NCBI RefSeq assembly: GCF_026210795.1
Contig: NC_089431.1
Coordinates: 3,348,001-3,412,000, forward strand
Reading direction: 5' to 3'
DNA: 64,000 nt
Source of the DNA: Rhizophagus irregularis
Lineage: Eukaryota
The translations under genes were made by a program, and so were the position numbers. Positions 12,426 to 24,689 of the stretch are shown piece by piece. Position 1 is the stretch's first letter. Every line of letters begins with the position of its first letter. The notes under the pieces were generated by a model that was given only the letters and a program-made list of their open reading frames with translations, was not told the origin of the DNA and searched no databases.

Positions 12426-13105
12426 CAGTCAGAACTCGATATAACGAACCCTCCTTTGGGTCGTTATATCGAATATTTTATAAAGCAAATATTTCTATTA
12501 TACCGATTTATATATTAAAAAGTATAAAAATCGGTACATCTAAAAAATATATCAATATAAAATCACGTTTATAATAGGCCAGTTCATAATTGATTGAACG
12601 GTCGGTTGCACTAAAAATTCAGACCAATAAAATTTAACTGTAGAATGATCAACTGACCGTTCAACGTGAACCACCAAAAACGTAGGTCGTTTTGGTCGAG
12701 TAGACAAAAATACTGACAAAAATAAACAAAGCCATAACTATTGGTTGCCTTATGTTTATCAATCAAACCAATTCAAAATTGAACTTTGATCATGAGATTA
12801 GTGTAACATGACCAAAAAAGCCGATCGAACAATTATGAACTGGCCTAATATCAATAGTTCAATACAATGTTATCATACCAGATACAGAAACTTGTAAATA
12901 GATACATCGAAAATTGAGACTCAGAGATATCAGGCGTTGAATAGTGCCGGCCGAGGCTAAGTTAATTCCGGCCGGAATTAGGATGGTATCGGTTTATATA
13001 AAGTATGACTGGTTTATGATTAACTTCGTTATATGCAAAGTCGATAAAATTAATTATAGATGGTTTTGGTATAAGAATAAGGTTCATTATATCGAGTTAT
13101 GACTG
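12426..13105. mobile_element. Tc1/pogo-type MITE
   Basis: TIRs CAGTCAGAACTCGATATAACGAACC and GGTTCATTATATCGAGTTATGACTG; TA on the right flank. Confidence 0.75.
12576..12846. mobile_element. PIF/Harbinger-like MITE nested in the pogo MITE
   Basis: TIRs AGGCCAGTTCATAATTG / CAATTATGAACTGGCCT; 3-bp TSD AAT. Confidence 0.7.
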
Positions 13106-13379
13106 TATATACTATATTGTAATATAATTTTCATCCATGGTGTAAATAGTTTTACTTCCACTTTACTCTGACATGAAAAATTACCCAACTTCATTTCACC
13201 GAAATGCCATTTTACGACATGAAAATTACTCGATTTGCCATCGCTCCATACTACGTTTTCACATGATATATAATTATTACTTATTCAGTAAAATTTTTCG
13301 TTTTTTAGTGATCAGTAAAATGGATGAATACGCTTATTTTCTTGAAGATATCTAGACGCTTAACTGAACATCAAAGTTT

Positions 13380-13800
13380 AAATATAATATACGTTTCAAC
13401 GAATTACTATTTTGCCAATGCCCAATACCCAGCATCGACATAGTATTGAAATGATCATGAATTTTTGCCTTTAAAGTTTTTTGATACCAACAAATATTTT
13501 CCCAGAATCCCTTACGAGAAGCGTGGCTATCAAAAGAAAGTGTAATTCATTAAATACTATTGAAAAATTTCATCAAAACTTTACTATATGCGAATAAACT
13601 GTTTAGTTTAATCATTAAAATTTCTTAACAGTATAATTCTGTTGTAACACACGTCACGTAGATCAACTCCCATCAATCCACAATAATTACAATAATTACG
13701 AGGTGTTTTTCGACCACGTCCACCAACTTCTGTAACTTTTTCAAAGTGCTTACAGTTGGAATAAGTTACAGACGTCTTCTGATGGTGGTCTTCCACGAGA
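13380..13800 (-). pseudogene. Possible decayed hAT/BED-finger transposase relic
   Basis: Fragments KHFEKVTEV...CNYC (BED-like) and ITLSFDS; multiple stops. Confidence 0.3.
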
Positions 13801-13847
13801 AATAATTTTAAAAAAGCTGTTTTGTACCCCGGGTATAGCCTATTACC

Positions 13848-15339
13848 AGGACCCCGGAAAATGCTTATATATGTAAGGTACCAAGGTGCTTAGCCAACAT
13901 AGTAAAGTTTTATGATGTAAGAATTTTATAATGCTTAATTTTAAGAAAATTTTATACTATGTAAGATAATTAAATTGCATATTTTTGGTATTATTTTAAA
14001 ATACTAAGAGTTTTTAGTTGCTTATTTTTCATATTTATATAACTTTTTAAAATATTATATATTGAATTTATAATTAATTTTTATTTATTTTCACTAACGG
14101 TGTGTGTTAATTTTGTACTACATTTCACAATTTTATATAAATACATAAACAAAAATTTTTTTTTTGATGAAATTTCATTTTTTTTTTCAATGTTTTATTA
14201 ATTATCTGTCAATAGTATCTTTTGAATTTTTATTAAACTCAGTGTATTATTTTTAATATAAAATTACTATATTATACATGTTTATTTTGTTAAATAAAAT
14301 TACTATAAATATGTTTTACTTTAAAATATAATTTCACTACTCACCGCTTTGGTTATATCAAATTATCTTTTATGTTTAAGTAAGTTTATTCAGCAAGTTA
14401 AATCTACTTGTATTTTAAGGCTAAGTATGATATTTATATAGAAAAGCATATTTTTTTTAACGGTAATAACTTTTAAATTTTTCACTTTTTCGTTTATAAC
14501 TTCAGAGCGTAATTACACCACTTCAGTCAAATGAAATCGGTTTCTAAATTAATTGAAAGTTGTTCAGCAAGGTCGAAACTACCTATATATTAATTTTCAT
14601 GAGTGTGGGTATAATACTTATGGAGAAAAGTGCATTTTTCATAACGGTACTAACTTCCGAATTTTTCATTTCTCCGTTTACAACTTCAGAGCGTAATTAC
14701 ACCTCTTTGGTCAAATGAAATCGACTTTCTAAATTAATTGAAAATTGTTCAGCAAGGTCGAAACTACTTATATATTAATTTTCATGAGTGTGGGTATAAT
14801 ACTTATGGAGAAAAGTGCATTTTTCATAACGGTACTAACTTCCGAATTTTTCGTTTCTCCGTTTACAACTTCAGAGCGTAATTACACCTCTTTGGTCAAA
14901 TGAAATCGACTTTCTAAATTAATTGAAAATTGTTCAGCAAGGTCGAAACTACCTACATATTAATTTTTATGGGTGTAAGTATAATACTTATGGAGAAATT
15001 TACATTTTTTGTAATAGTATTAATTTCGAATTTTTCTTTTACTGTTTATTAACTTTATTAATTGAATATTGTTAATCTACTTGTATATTATGTTTAGTTT
15101 AGCTTCACAACATATTTAAAATTGGATTTAATAAAATATATTAATTAATAAATATATTTTATAAATTATGTGTTATAATAAAAATTTAATTAGGTTAGAA
15201 GATTGATTTGCTTATTTTTATATAATTTTTAAGGTTAGATATCAACAATGCTTAGCGATCATAGTAAAAACCTATGCTTAGAGCTACTAATAAAAAATAT
15301 TTTTGGGACCTTACCTATATAAGTATTTTCCAGGGTCCT
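13848..15339. mobile_element. Non-autonomous TIR DNA transposon, 8-bp TSD (hAT- or MULE-like)
   Basis: ~35-bp imperfect TIRs AGGACCCCGGAAAATGCTTATATATGTAAGGTACCAA / TTGGGACCTTACCTATATAAGTATTTTCCAGGGTCCT; TSD CTATTACC/CTATTATC. Confidence 0.7.
14340..15050. repeat. ~185-bp tandem repeat (about 3.5 copies) inside the TIR element
   Basis: TTCAGAGCGTAATTACACC recurs at 14501, 14685 and 14870. Confidence 0.9.
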
Positions 15340-16391
15340 CTATTATCTGGGTACAGATTTTTAACCCGTACCCCTCAGAATTTGATTGGTCCACACAATA
15401 GAAAGAAAAATTATTTTTCATTTATTCACTTAAGAAATTTTGCACGATGTTGATCTCAAGAATACAAGCTTCGCTTCATCCGTTGTGTAGTCAGGAAGGA
15501 AAAGTCAGCGCATCATTTTGTCGTTTTTCATTCCCAATAAAATATTTTCTTAAAGCAACTTTTCCTCTTCAGTGAAACCAAAACTATTAATCAGTGTTCT
15601 GAGAGTTTGTATTGCACTAGTGGACATTTTTTCGGTTCGATAAGTAAGAAAAGATTTGCAAAACTGAAAAAAAAACCCTGATATATCAATCTGTGCGACG
15701 ATCATTGATCAATTATGCAACTAACTATCACACCATAAAAAAAGGGGGAATCTTAACCTGTTCCAGTTTACACTCTTTATCCTGTGCCCCCTTAAAATGA
15801 TGGTTGTATTCTTATAAGGTTAAGCAGATAGAAATAAAATCTGAAACCAGCAAAGAATTTTTACATTTTACTCGATAATTCAAAAATTCACAAACTTGAA
15901 AAATTAAAAATCCAGAAACAATATTAAAAGTCAAAATGTATGATTTGTTTCAAATAAATATTTTATTTATTAATTAGCAATTTTTACTTTTAAATGATAA
16001 TCTAGGACACGTTTCAAAAAAAAGAATTAAAAATGGGATTGAAACCACTAGACCTTCTAAAAGGGCTGCATTAATATCACTTCAATAAAGTACATCTCAG
16101 GCTAATGAAGAAGAAAAGGAAAATAATTCTCAAGGTTTAGCTAAATACAACTTTTTTTAAAAAAAAATTTCCAAATTTTATTTGTTAATCAGGAAAAGAA
16201 AATGATCCTATAAATTTGTTACATTCAGAAAGTTTGGCGATATTCTTTAATTATGTTTTTTTTTTGTTTAATAAATATTTTATTATTTTATATATTAAAT
16301 TAAAAAAAAAACAATTTAGGTAAAGAAGATAATTCTATTGATACAACACCTCCTTCTTCATATTTGTTACTTTTTTCGAGAAAATTAAGTA

Positions 16392-16868
16392 CAGTCAGAC
16401 TCCCATATAGTCACCTAATTGGTTCCCATAAATCAGTGATTGTATAGGGGTGTGCTTATATACAGGTACTATATCTTAATTTTGGCCGAAATTAGTAAAT
16501 TATAATTTATAAAATTATGTGATCACTACGGATATTTCCTTTTTTGGTGATAGCCATTCCACAAAATTTTTTTTGCCAATTTTGTGTTGGAATGTCGTGT
16601 AACATTAATTCCTAAAAAGGAAAGAAAAAAATTATATGTTTCGTAATTCTGGGCGAAATTGCTTTTTGGCCGAAATTATGATATGATTAATAGAGGTCTA
16701 ATCACTAATAGAAATGATATATCCATTTGGGATTATGCGGTGATAGTGATTATAGTCAAATTGTGATTATAGAGGGGTAATTTGATAGTATTTAAAACCG
16801 TTTCTCAAAATCGAGTTCTTATAAAGAGGTGTGACTGTATAGGGTGTGACTGTATGGGGGTCTGACTG
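16392..16868. mobile_element. Tc1/pogo-type MITE
   Basis: TIRs CAGTCAGACTCCCATATAGTCAC / GTGACTGTATGGGGGTCTGACTG; TA on both flanks. Confidence 0.85.
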
Positions 16869-17339
16869 TATACAAATACTGATGTTAAAGTTAATTATTT
16901 AATAGGTAGCAAATGTCCTTTTATTCTGATTTTTTACTCTATCCTCTTCCATCAAAAATTCACCTCTTATTAAATAAATCGCAAAACTAAATGGTAAAAA
17001 TCGTTAAATAATTAAAAACAAATTGAATTAATTTATTAGATAAGATTGGTTGTATTTAAGTTTATGGTAGCAAAAAGTATTTTGTATGGAATTGTATAGC
17101 ATACCATTGCATTTAATTATTAAAAAGCTATTGTTCTTAGTATCAAAATGGCACAAATGTCACCTTAGAAAATAAAATTTGGTAATCTCTACACTTGGTA
17201 TGTTCTCATAGAGATTATATATAAGTATAAGAATAAGGTGGCTTATATTCTCGTCTCTTTGTCATGTTTGCCAATAATACTGAATACTTACATAATCTTG
17301 TGCTTTTCTTTCTTGCTTCTTATTGTCAAACCCGCCCAA

Positions 17340-19142
17340 AGAACACATTTGCGTTACCTGTAGATCGACCTATTGATGGTCAACTCGATATGGCTTGACT
17401 TTTTTGATCGTTATTTCGTGACTTACACTTCTTTCCTGGCTGTATTATCTTGTCTTCAGGCTAAACAAGGGCTCTTTCACCTTCCCTTTATAATGAAAAT
17501 AATGAAACGTTAAAATGGAGAAAGCACATGAAAGGTTACCTTTGAATCTTTTTCAATAGTGAAATATTATTCGGTTATGTTTCATAGCTTTTTTCTTTAT
17601 CATAGAGTATCATGATACTGTTACAACTGGTCTTAAAGTGAATAGCCCCTTGGTTGGAGCCAATCCTGAAAATTTTCTCAAGGATCAACAAATGAACCTA
17701 ATCCTTAATGGTTGACCGCTTGCTAACACTGGTCCTCCAATTACTATTTATAATAGTGCCTTTAGCCTATTCCTTAATAATTTTAGTGATGAAAACCTGG
17801 AAATACCTCCTGATTTTTTTGGGATGGGCCGATAAACTTATTCTTAATGCAACAAAAATCAATGAATATGAGGAAGAACATAATGAAAGAATGAGAAAGA
17901 TATTTTCAGAAAAATTGGGCACCATATTGGTTGAATATAAAAAAAACAGACAAAAATGCAAGAGTAATGGAGTGCTTACAACTTCATTAGGCACACTTAT
18001 TGCTTATTTGGAAATATTGGAAGGAAAAAATGAGATTGAAACAGACAAAAATGATCCTATTATTCAAGAAGCATTGTATTATAGAGATTACTGGTCTCAG
18101 GATAATGTATGTATAATTTAAATCCTTAGATTAATGCTATGCAAATCTATGTGTTTATGTAATTGATATTTTCCATCCAAGTTGAAAAAATCAGAAATTG
18201 TTGTTGTTTCCATCTTTCATTATCACCGTGGCCGGCCCATGGTTTTATATTCTTGGAGGCGTCTTCCTTAACAGGGCAGTAGTTGAACTATTGACGGACT
18301 TCATTCCTCTCGCAATAAATTTATGAGTTTTTGATAAAAAGAAACAAATTACTCAACTTTTTTATTCGCTATACCAAGCACTTCGACTTCTTAATAATTT
18401 TTACCAAAATTTAGGTGTGGAGAGATCGGTAGATCATCAATTTTTTCCTTATGTTTGCCAATTCCAATCTGATGGAAATAATATTATTTCTTTCACTGAC
18501 ATATATGAACTATCAGATGATCCTACAAGAATAATCTGGAAAGGTACTGATGAAAATGCAAATCGATTGTAATAAAATATATGTCCAAATACTGTGTTGC
18601 TGCCCATAACATCTGTGCAACTGCTGATTTCGCCCCTAAATTATTATATTGCAGTGATGACGCTGAAGCAAGAGGATTTAGGATGATTATCATGGAATAC
18701 CTTGATGGTACTGCACTTGACCAAAGATTTAATAAAGGAGATACCATAGATGTGTCTCATAGTTTGACTATTTATAGAGATGTGAAGTTTGCTATTAATG
18801 AACTACATAATAAAAACTTTGTGTTTGCAAATCTTCGCCCTCCAAACATTCTGATCTTTGGAACAGGGAAGAACTGCATACTAACCTCATTGACTTTGAT
18901 TGGTGTGGAAGACACGATGTGGACAGTTATCCATCATCAATGAATGAGGATATACAATGGCCTCAGGGGCAGAACCATGTGCCTTACTCAAAAAAGCTCA
19001 TGATCGTTATTGGCTTGATGTGTTGCGCGAATTTTTTAGGTATGTTCTCTTCCTCTCATTTAATTTTCTATGCATAATATTGACTTTATACTTTATGTTT
19101 CAGTCTGTCAGATGATGAAGTTACGGATGAAGCACTGGCTTG
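17340..19142 (+). pseudogene. Fungal restriction-endonuclease-like + protein kinase fusion (Crinkler-associated type), disrupted
   Basis: NG*PLANTGPPITIYNSAF, SNGV...LEGKNEIETDKNDPIIQEALYY, FAPKLLY, MIIMEYL, LHNKNFVFANLRPPNIL, IDFDWCG; stops and frameshifts. Confidence 0.75.
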
Positions 19143-19540
19143 AATTTGATTTGGGAACATAGTAGAGTTTGGGCTACAACATTTACATTCACTGCTAATT
19201 TGTTCATTATATGTAGGTATACAGTCTGTCAGATAAGGTTGGTTGCCATAAGTAGCGATTATTATATATTGAATTACAACCCTTAGCGGTTGTAATATTG
19301 TAATATTATAAACGTAAGCTGTAAATTGGCTGTAAATACTACACTATTGTGGTTACTTAAAAGATGGTAATTCTCTGATAGTCCATTTAAATTCCGTATT
19401 TATATTGCTGAAATTACTGAAAGAATCCGGATTGCTACTCAACCGGTTACTATTCCGAAAAAATTCCTGAATATTTACGGAACCCAAACAAAATCACGGA
19501 ATTATAACGGAAATATTCTGGAGTGTCATTTTTTATAGGG

Positions 19541-20370
19541 TAATACTCCTACATATTTTTGTGCTACTGCATGATATTCACCAGCTGATTTCAAATACCA
19601 TTCAAATGATTTCGTTTCATTTTTATCTGTTCCTATTCCGCTTGCATAACAAAGTCTTAAATTACATTGTTTGCTAGGACATCCCGCAAATGCTGATTCA
19701 GGTACCATTCAAATGCTTTTGTTTCGCTTTATCTGTTCCTATATCATATTGGTAACAACCTCCCAAATTAGTGTGTACTTCGACACATCTTGATTTCATA
19801 TACCACTTTATTTGATCTTTATTTTCTTTATTTATTCCAATACCATTTCCATAACAATAACCTAAATAATATTTCAACATTTCCACCTTCAACTGATTTC
19901 AGCAGGTATCATTTAAATGCTTTTATTTTATTTTTATCTGTTCCTATACTATTTTCATAACAATATCCTAAGTTACATTGTCCTTCAATATTTCCACCTT
20001 CAAATAATTATATTATTATTTCTTAATAAAATAAATGAATAATTGTCACCTTTAATTAAACATAATTTGTTAAAATCTTTATTAAAAGAAGAATCATTTT
20101 CAATTTCATTATTAATAGATAAAAAATATAAATTTATTGCTTTTTCTTTATCTATATCACAATCAATACCAAAAAAATCCTATAAAACTTGTGAACCAAA
20201 ATTCATTATCTTGAGAACTTTTTCAGGATTTTTGTTGTTACTTTCAAGAATATATTTTATCCATTTATTTGAAATTTTTTCAAAATTATTAAAAATCTTG
20301 TTTCAATAATTTTATAATAAAAATTTTTTAAAAAATTTTCACCATCTCTAAAATTATTAATATTCTTCAT
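19541..20370 (-). pseudogene. Sel1-repeat paralogue, decayed; cut at its 3' end by a ...TTTTTATAGGG element end
   Basis: Starts MKNINNFRDG like its neighbours; fragmented Sel1 repeats with frameshifts. Confidence 0.8.
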
Positions 20371-20988
20371 CGCAATATTTATTTTTTTTTAAAAAAAAAA
20401 ATACGGAAGCAAGCTTGTGCAAGTCGGATCTAAACTTAATTAAATAAAATTGCTTGCTTCGTATTTGGTTGATACGTATTACGAAAAATATCCGCCATTG
20501 TGAAATTCTGAATTTGAATCATCAAAAGGAAAGATCACATGATTGTTTCTGGGACATCACCAACATATCTTGTTCTTGGTATTCCGCCAATTCGGCATTA
20601 CAGCGGTGTAATTGATTACACCCAAATGGCAAATGTCGAAATTAGTTACACCAACGTAAGGCGCCGTAATTGTGACTTGCTTTTTTTATAATCATGTACA
20701 GAAATTGTAACAAAAATTTTTTTTCTTTAAAATTACATTTTTTAAAAAAAATTTTATCAGATGATTTTTTATAAATGATAATGATATAAATATACATAAA
20801 CTACGCAGTTAATCTTTAAGCATAATAATTTCAACCAACAAAAAATTATTTGAACAATTCGACAATTTACAATTCGGCATTACCGGCATCACGCACAGCA
20901 TTACGGCAGCGTATCAAACATTACAATAAAGTAATTATTACGTCACCGTATTAATTCGGCATCATATATATAAAAAATTTTAGTTAAT

Positions 20989-22133
20989 TTAATCTTCAAT
21001 AATCATCCAATAAATATAATCTAATTTATCCTTTGCTTCTCTGATTCCATTATCTAATGCTTTTTTATACCAATAAATTGCTTTATCTTTATCTTTATCA
21101 GTTCCAATACCGTAATTATAGCAATCTCCTATATAATTTTGCGCTATTTCAAATTCATTTTCAGCAGACTTCAAATACCATTCAAATGCTTTATTGTCAT
21201 CTTTAGCCGTTCCTATACCATTTGCATAGCAAAAACCTAAATTACATTGTCCATTAGCGCATCCTGCAATAGCAGATTTTGTATACCATTCAAATGCTTT
21301 TTTGTTATCTTTAGCCGTTCCTATACCATTTGCATAGCAAAAACCTATCCTGCTATAGCAGATTTTGTATACCATTCAAATGCTTTTTTTTCATTTCTAT
21401 CTGTTCCTTTACCATACTTATAAAAATTTCCCATATTATTTTGTGCAGTTGAGTCATTTTCTATTGCAAGTTTTAAAATTCTTTTAAATTCTCTTTCATT
21501 TTTGTTCAGAATGATTTTAAAATATTTATTTTCAGACTTTAAAAACCATTTAAGTGCCTTTTTTTTATCCTTTCTTACTCCTTTTCCATCCATATAACAA
21601 ATTGCTAAATTATATTGTGCTTCTAAATCACCCTTTTTAGCTAACTTTAGGCTCATTGCTAATTTATTTTGTTTATAATTGATATCTAAAATAATATCTT
21701 TATAATAAAATAATGATAATAAATATTTTCCAATAATTATATTTTTATTTCTTAATGAAATAAATGAATAATCGAAATCTTCAATCAAACATAATTTATT
21801 AAAATCTTCATTATAAGAAGAATCATTTTCAATTTCATTATTAATAGATAAAAAATATAAAGTTAATGCTTTTTCTTTATCTATATCACAACCAATACCA
21901 AGTTGATAAAAAAATCCTATAAAACTTGTGAACCAAAATTTACTTTCTTTATGATTTTTTATTATCTTAAGAACTTTTTCAGAATTTTTATTGTTACTTT
22001 CAAGAATATATTTTATCCATTTATTTGAACTGTTTTCAAAATTATTTAAATCATTTGTTTCAATAATTTTATAATAAAAGCATATTAAAAAATTTTTTAA
22101 AAAATTCTCATCATTAAATTTAATATTCTTCAT
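20989..22133 (-). pseudogene. Sel1-repeat protein, frameshifted by a 22-nt deletion near 21347
   Basis: ORFs 21345-22133 and 20989-21375 are two halves of one gene; AATTACATTGTCCATTAGCGCA is missing relative to sister repeats. Confidence 0.85.
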
Positions 22134-22524
22134 TTTTAATGTTTTTATTTATTATTTTTTTTTAAAGAAATATGGAAGAAAAAGAAAGCTCGTTGCATAC
22201 CATTATTTTATTTAAATTAGTTTAGTGATCAACATAATGCACTTGTATTTGGATATTTCAAAAATATTTATCTAATAAGGAAAGATCACATGATTGTTTC
22301 TGTGACATCACACTTTGGTAGCTAGTCCTAATTTAAAAAAAATAAATAAATTTTTTACACTCAATAAGATAACAACTATTTAATAGATGATTAATCATTC
22401 TATTGGCAACATTTCTTAGATGCGAACGATATAATCTTTCAAGTCCGAAAACTATGGTGCTAAGGTGTTTACACGTGACGTCTTGGGAAATCGTTGTTAA
22501 CACATAAAAGTCTGAGTCCATTTA

Positions 22525-22720
22525 GTGCTAGTAGTTGTAGCGTAATTTTACTACTAAGATAGTTCAGTTCGAAGGGTGGGGTCCTACATAACTGCTTTGA
22601 CTACCTTGTGGGATGAGATACGTAGTTCCAATTACCTGAATAGCTTCTGTAGTTACCTAGTATGCGCATGTTGTTAATGTAATAGATAACGTTCACTCCT
22701 CTTCTAGAAATAAAATAAAA
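22525..22720 (+). mobile_element. Short non-LTR retro-insertion (SINE or 5'-truncated LINE)
   Basis: (AAAAT)n tail; 14-bp TSD TCTGAGTCCATTTA/TCTGACTCCATTTA; empty site visible in the paralogous spacer at ~24577. Confidence 0.75.
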
Positions 22721-22757
22721 TCTGACTCCATTTAATAAATAATAGCCCTGTCTAACT

Positions 22758-24029
22758 TTAAAAGGGATAATGTATATTGTCTAATTTATCCTTTACTTCT
22801 TTGATTCCATTATCTAATGCTTTTTCATACCAATAAATTGCTTTATCTTTATCTTTATTGGTTCCAAAACCATAATTATAACAATCTCCTACATAATTTT
22901 GTGCTACTGCAAATTCACTTTCAGCTGATTTTAAATACCATTCAAATGATTTTGTTATATTTTTATCTGTTCCTACTTCATTTGCATAACAAAACCCCAA
23001 GTTATATTGTCCATTAGGATATCCTGCAGTTGCTGATTTAAGGATCCATTCAAATGCTTTTATTTCGTTTTTATCTGTTCCTTTACCATGTCGATAATAA
23101 ATTCCCAAATTATTTTGTGCCATTTCATTTTCAGCTTCAGCTGATTTCAAATACCATTCAAATGCTTTATTGTCATCTTTAGCCGTTCCTATACCATTTT
23201 CATAGCAAACACCTAAATTATATTGTCCATTAGCGCATCCTGCAATAGCAGATTTTGTATACCATTCAAATGCTTTTTTTTCATTTCTATCTGTTCCTTT
23301 ACCATATTTATAAAAATTTCCCATATTATTTTGTGCAGTTGAGTTATTTTCTATTGCAAGTTTTAAAATTCTTTTAAATTCTCTTTCATTTTTGTTCAGA
23401 ATGATTTTAAAATATTTATTTTCAGACTTTAAAAACCATTTAAGTGCTTTTTTTTTATCCTTTCTTACTCCTTTTCCATCCATATAACAAATTGCTAAAT
23501 TATATTGTGCTTCTAAATCACCCTTTTTAGCTAACTTTAAGCTAATTGCTAATTTGTTTTGTTTATAATTGATATCTAAAATAATATCTTTATAATAAAA
23601 TAATGATAATAAATATTTTCCAATAATTATATTTTTATTTCTTAATGAAACAAATGAATAATCGAAATCTTTAGTCAAACATAATTTATTAAAATCTTCA
23701 TTATAAGAAGAATCATTTTCAATTTCATTATTAATAGATAAAAAATATAAATTCAATGCTTTTTCTTTATCTATATCACAACCAATACCAAGTTGATAAA
23801 AAAATCCTATAAAACTTGTGAACCAAAATTTACTTTCTTTATGATTTTCCATTATCTTAAGAACTTTTTCAGAATTTTTGTTGTTACTTTCAAGAATATA
23901 TTTTATCCATTCATTTGAACTTTTTTCAAAATTATTAAAATCATTTGTTTCAATAATTTTATAATATAAGTTTTTTAAAAAAATTTTTAAAAAATACTCG
24001 TCATCTCTAAAATTATTAATATTCTTCAT
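22758..24029 (-). CDS. Sel1-like repeat protein (6 repeats), no kinase domain
   Basis: Intact intronless ORF; AQYNLA/AQNN.G/GQYNLG...AFEWY.KSA repeats. Confidence 0.9.
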   Translation of the reverse strand: MKNINNFRDDEYFLKIFLKNLYYKIIETNDFNNFEKSSNEWIKYILESNNKNSEKVLKIMENHKESKFWFTSFIGFFYQLGIGCDIDKEKALNLYFLSINNEIENDSSYNEDFNKLCLTKDFDYSFVSLRNKNIIIGKYLLSLFYYKDIILDINYKQNKLAISLKLAKKGDLEAQYNLAICYMDGKGVRKDKKKALKWFLKSENKYFKIILNKNEREFKRILKLAIENNSTAQNNMGNFYKYGKGTDRNEKKAFEWYTKSAIAGCANGQYNLGVCYENGIGTAKDDNKAFEWYLKSAEAENEMAQNNLGIYYRHGKGTDKNEIKAFEWILKSATAGYPNGQYNLGFCYANEVGTDKNITKSFEWYLKSAESEFAVAQNYVGDCYNYGFGTNKDKDKAIYWYEKALDNGIKEVKDKLDNIHYPF

Positions 24030-24689
24030 TTTATTGTTTTTTTTTTGAAAAGAAATATGTAAAAAAAAGAAAACTCGTTGCATACTGTATAATTCATTAT
24101 TTTATTTAAATTAGTTTAGCGATCAACATGGCTACGCTCGTATTTGGATATTACGTATAACGTATTACGAAAAGTATTTATTTACGAGAGCCAAAAGAAA
24201 AGATCACATGATTGTTTCTGTGACATCAACGGCATTATGACTGGTGCAAAAATATCATTCTTAATAGATATGCAGGAGAATCTTGATATGCATAATATAT
24301 TTTACAGTAAAGTCTATCAAGAATAATACCTCATGTCTATCAAGAATGATACTTTTGCGACTTTGGTTACTATCGATGCTAATTTACGTAACACATTTTA
24401 AAAATAAATATATATATAAAATAACAACTATTTTAATAGACGATTAATCATTCCATTGGCAACCTTTCTCTTAAACGCGAACGATATAATCTTTTCAAGT
24501 CCGAAAACTACTTTAAGAGATGGTGCTTACACGTGTCATCTTGGGAATCGTTGTTAATTTTAACATATTATAAAAGTCTGACTCCATTTAATAAAATTTT
24601 TTAAATAATAGCCCTGTTCTAACTTTGTTTAAATATATTGATAATAATGATAATTTACAGTAAAGAAACAAGTTATATTTATGAAGAAT

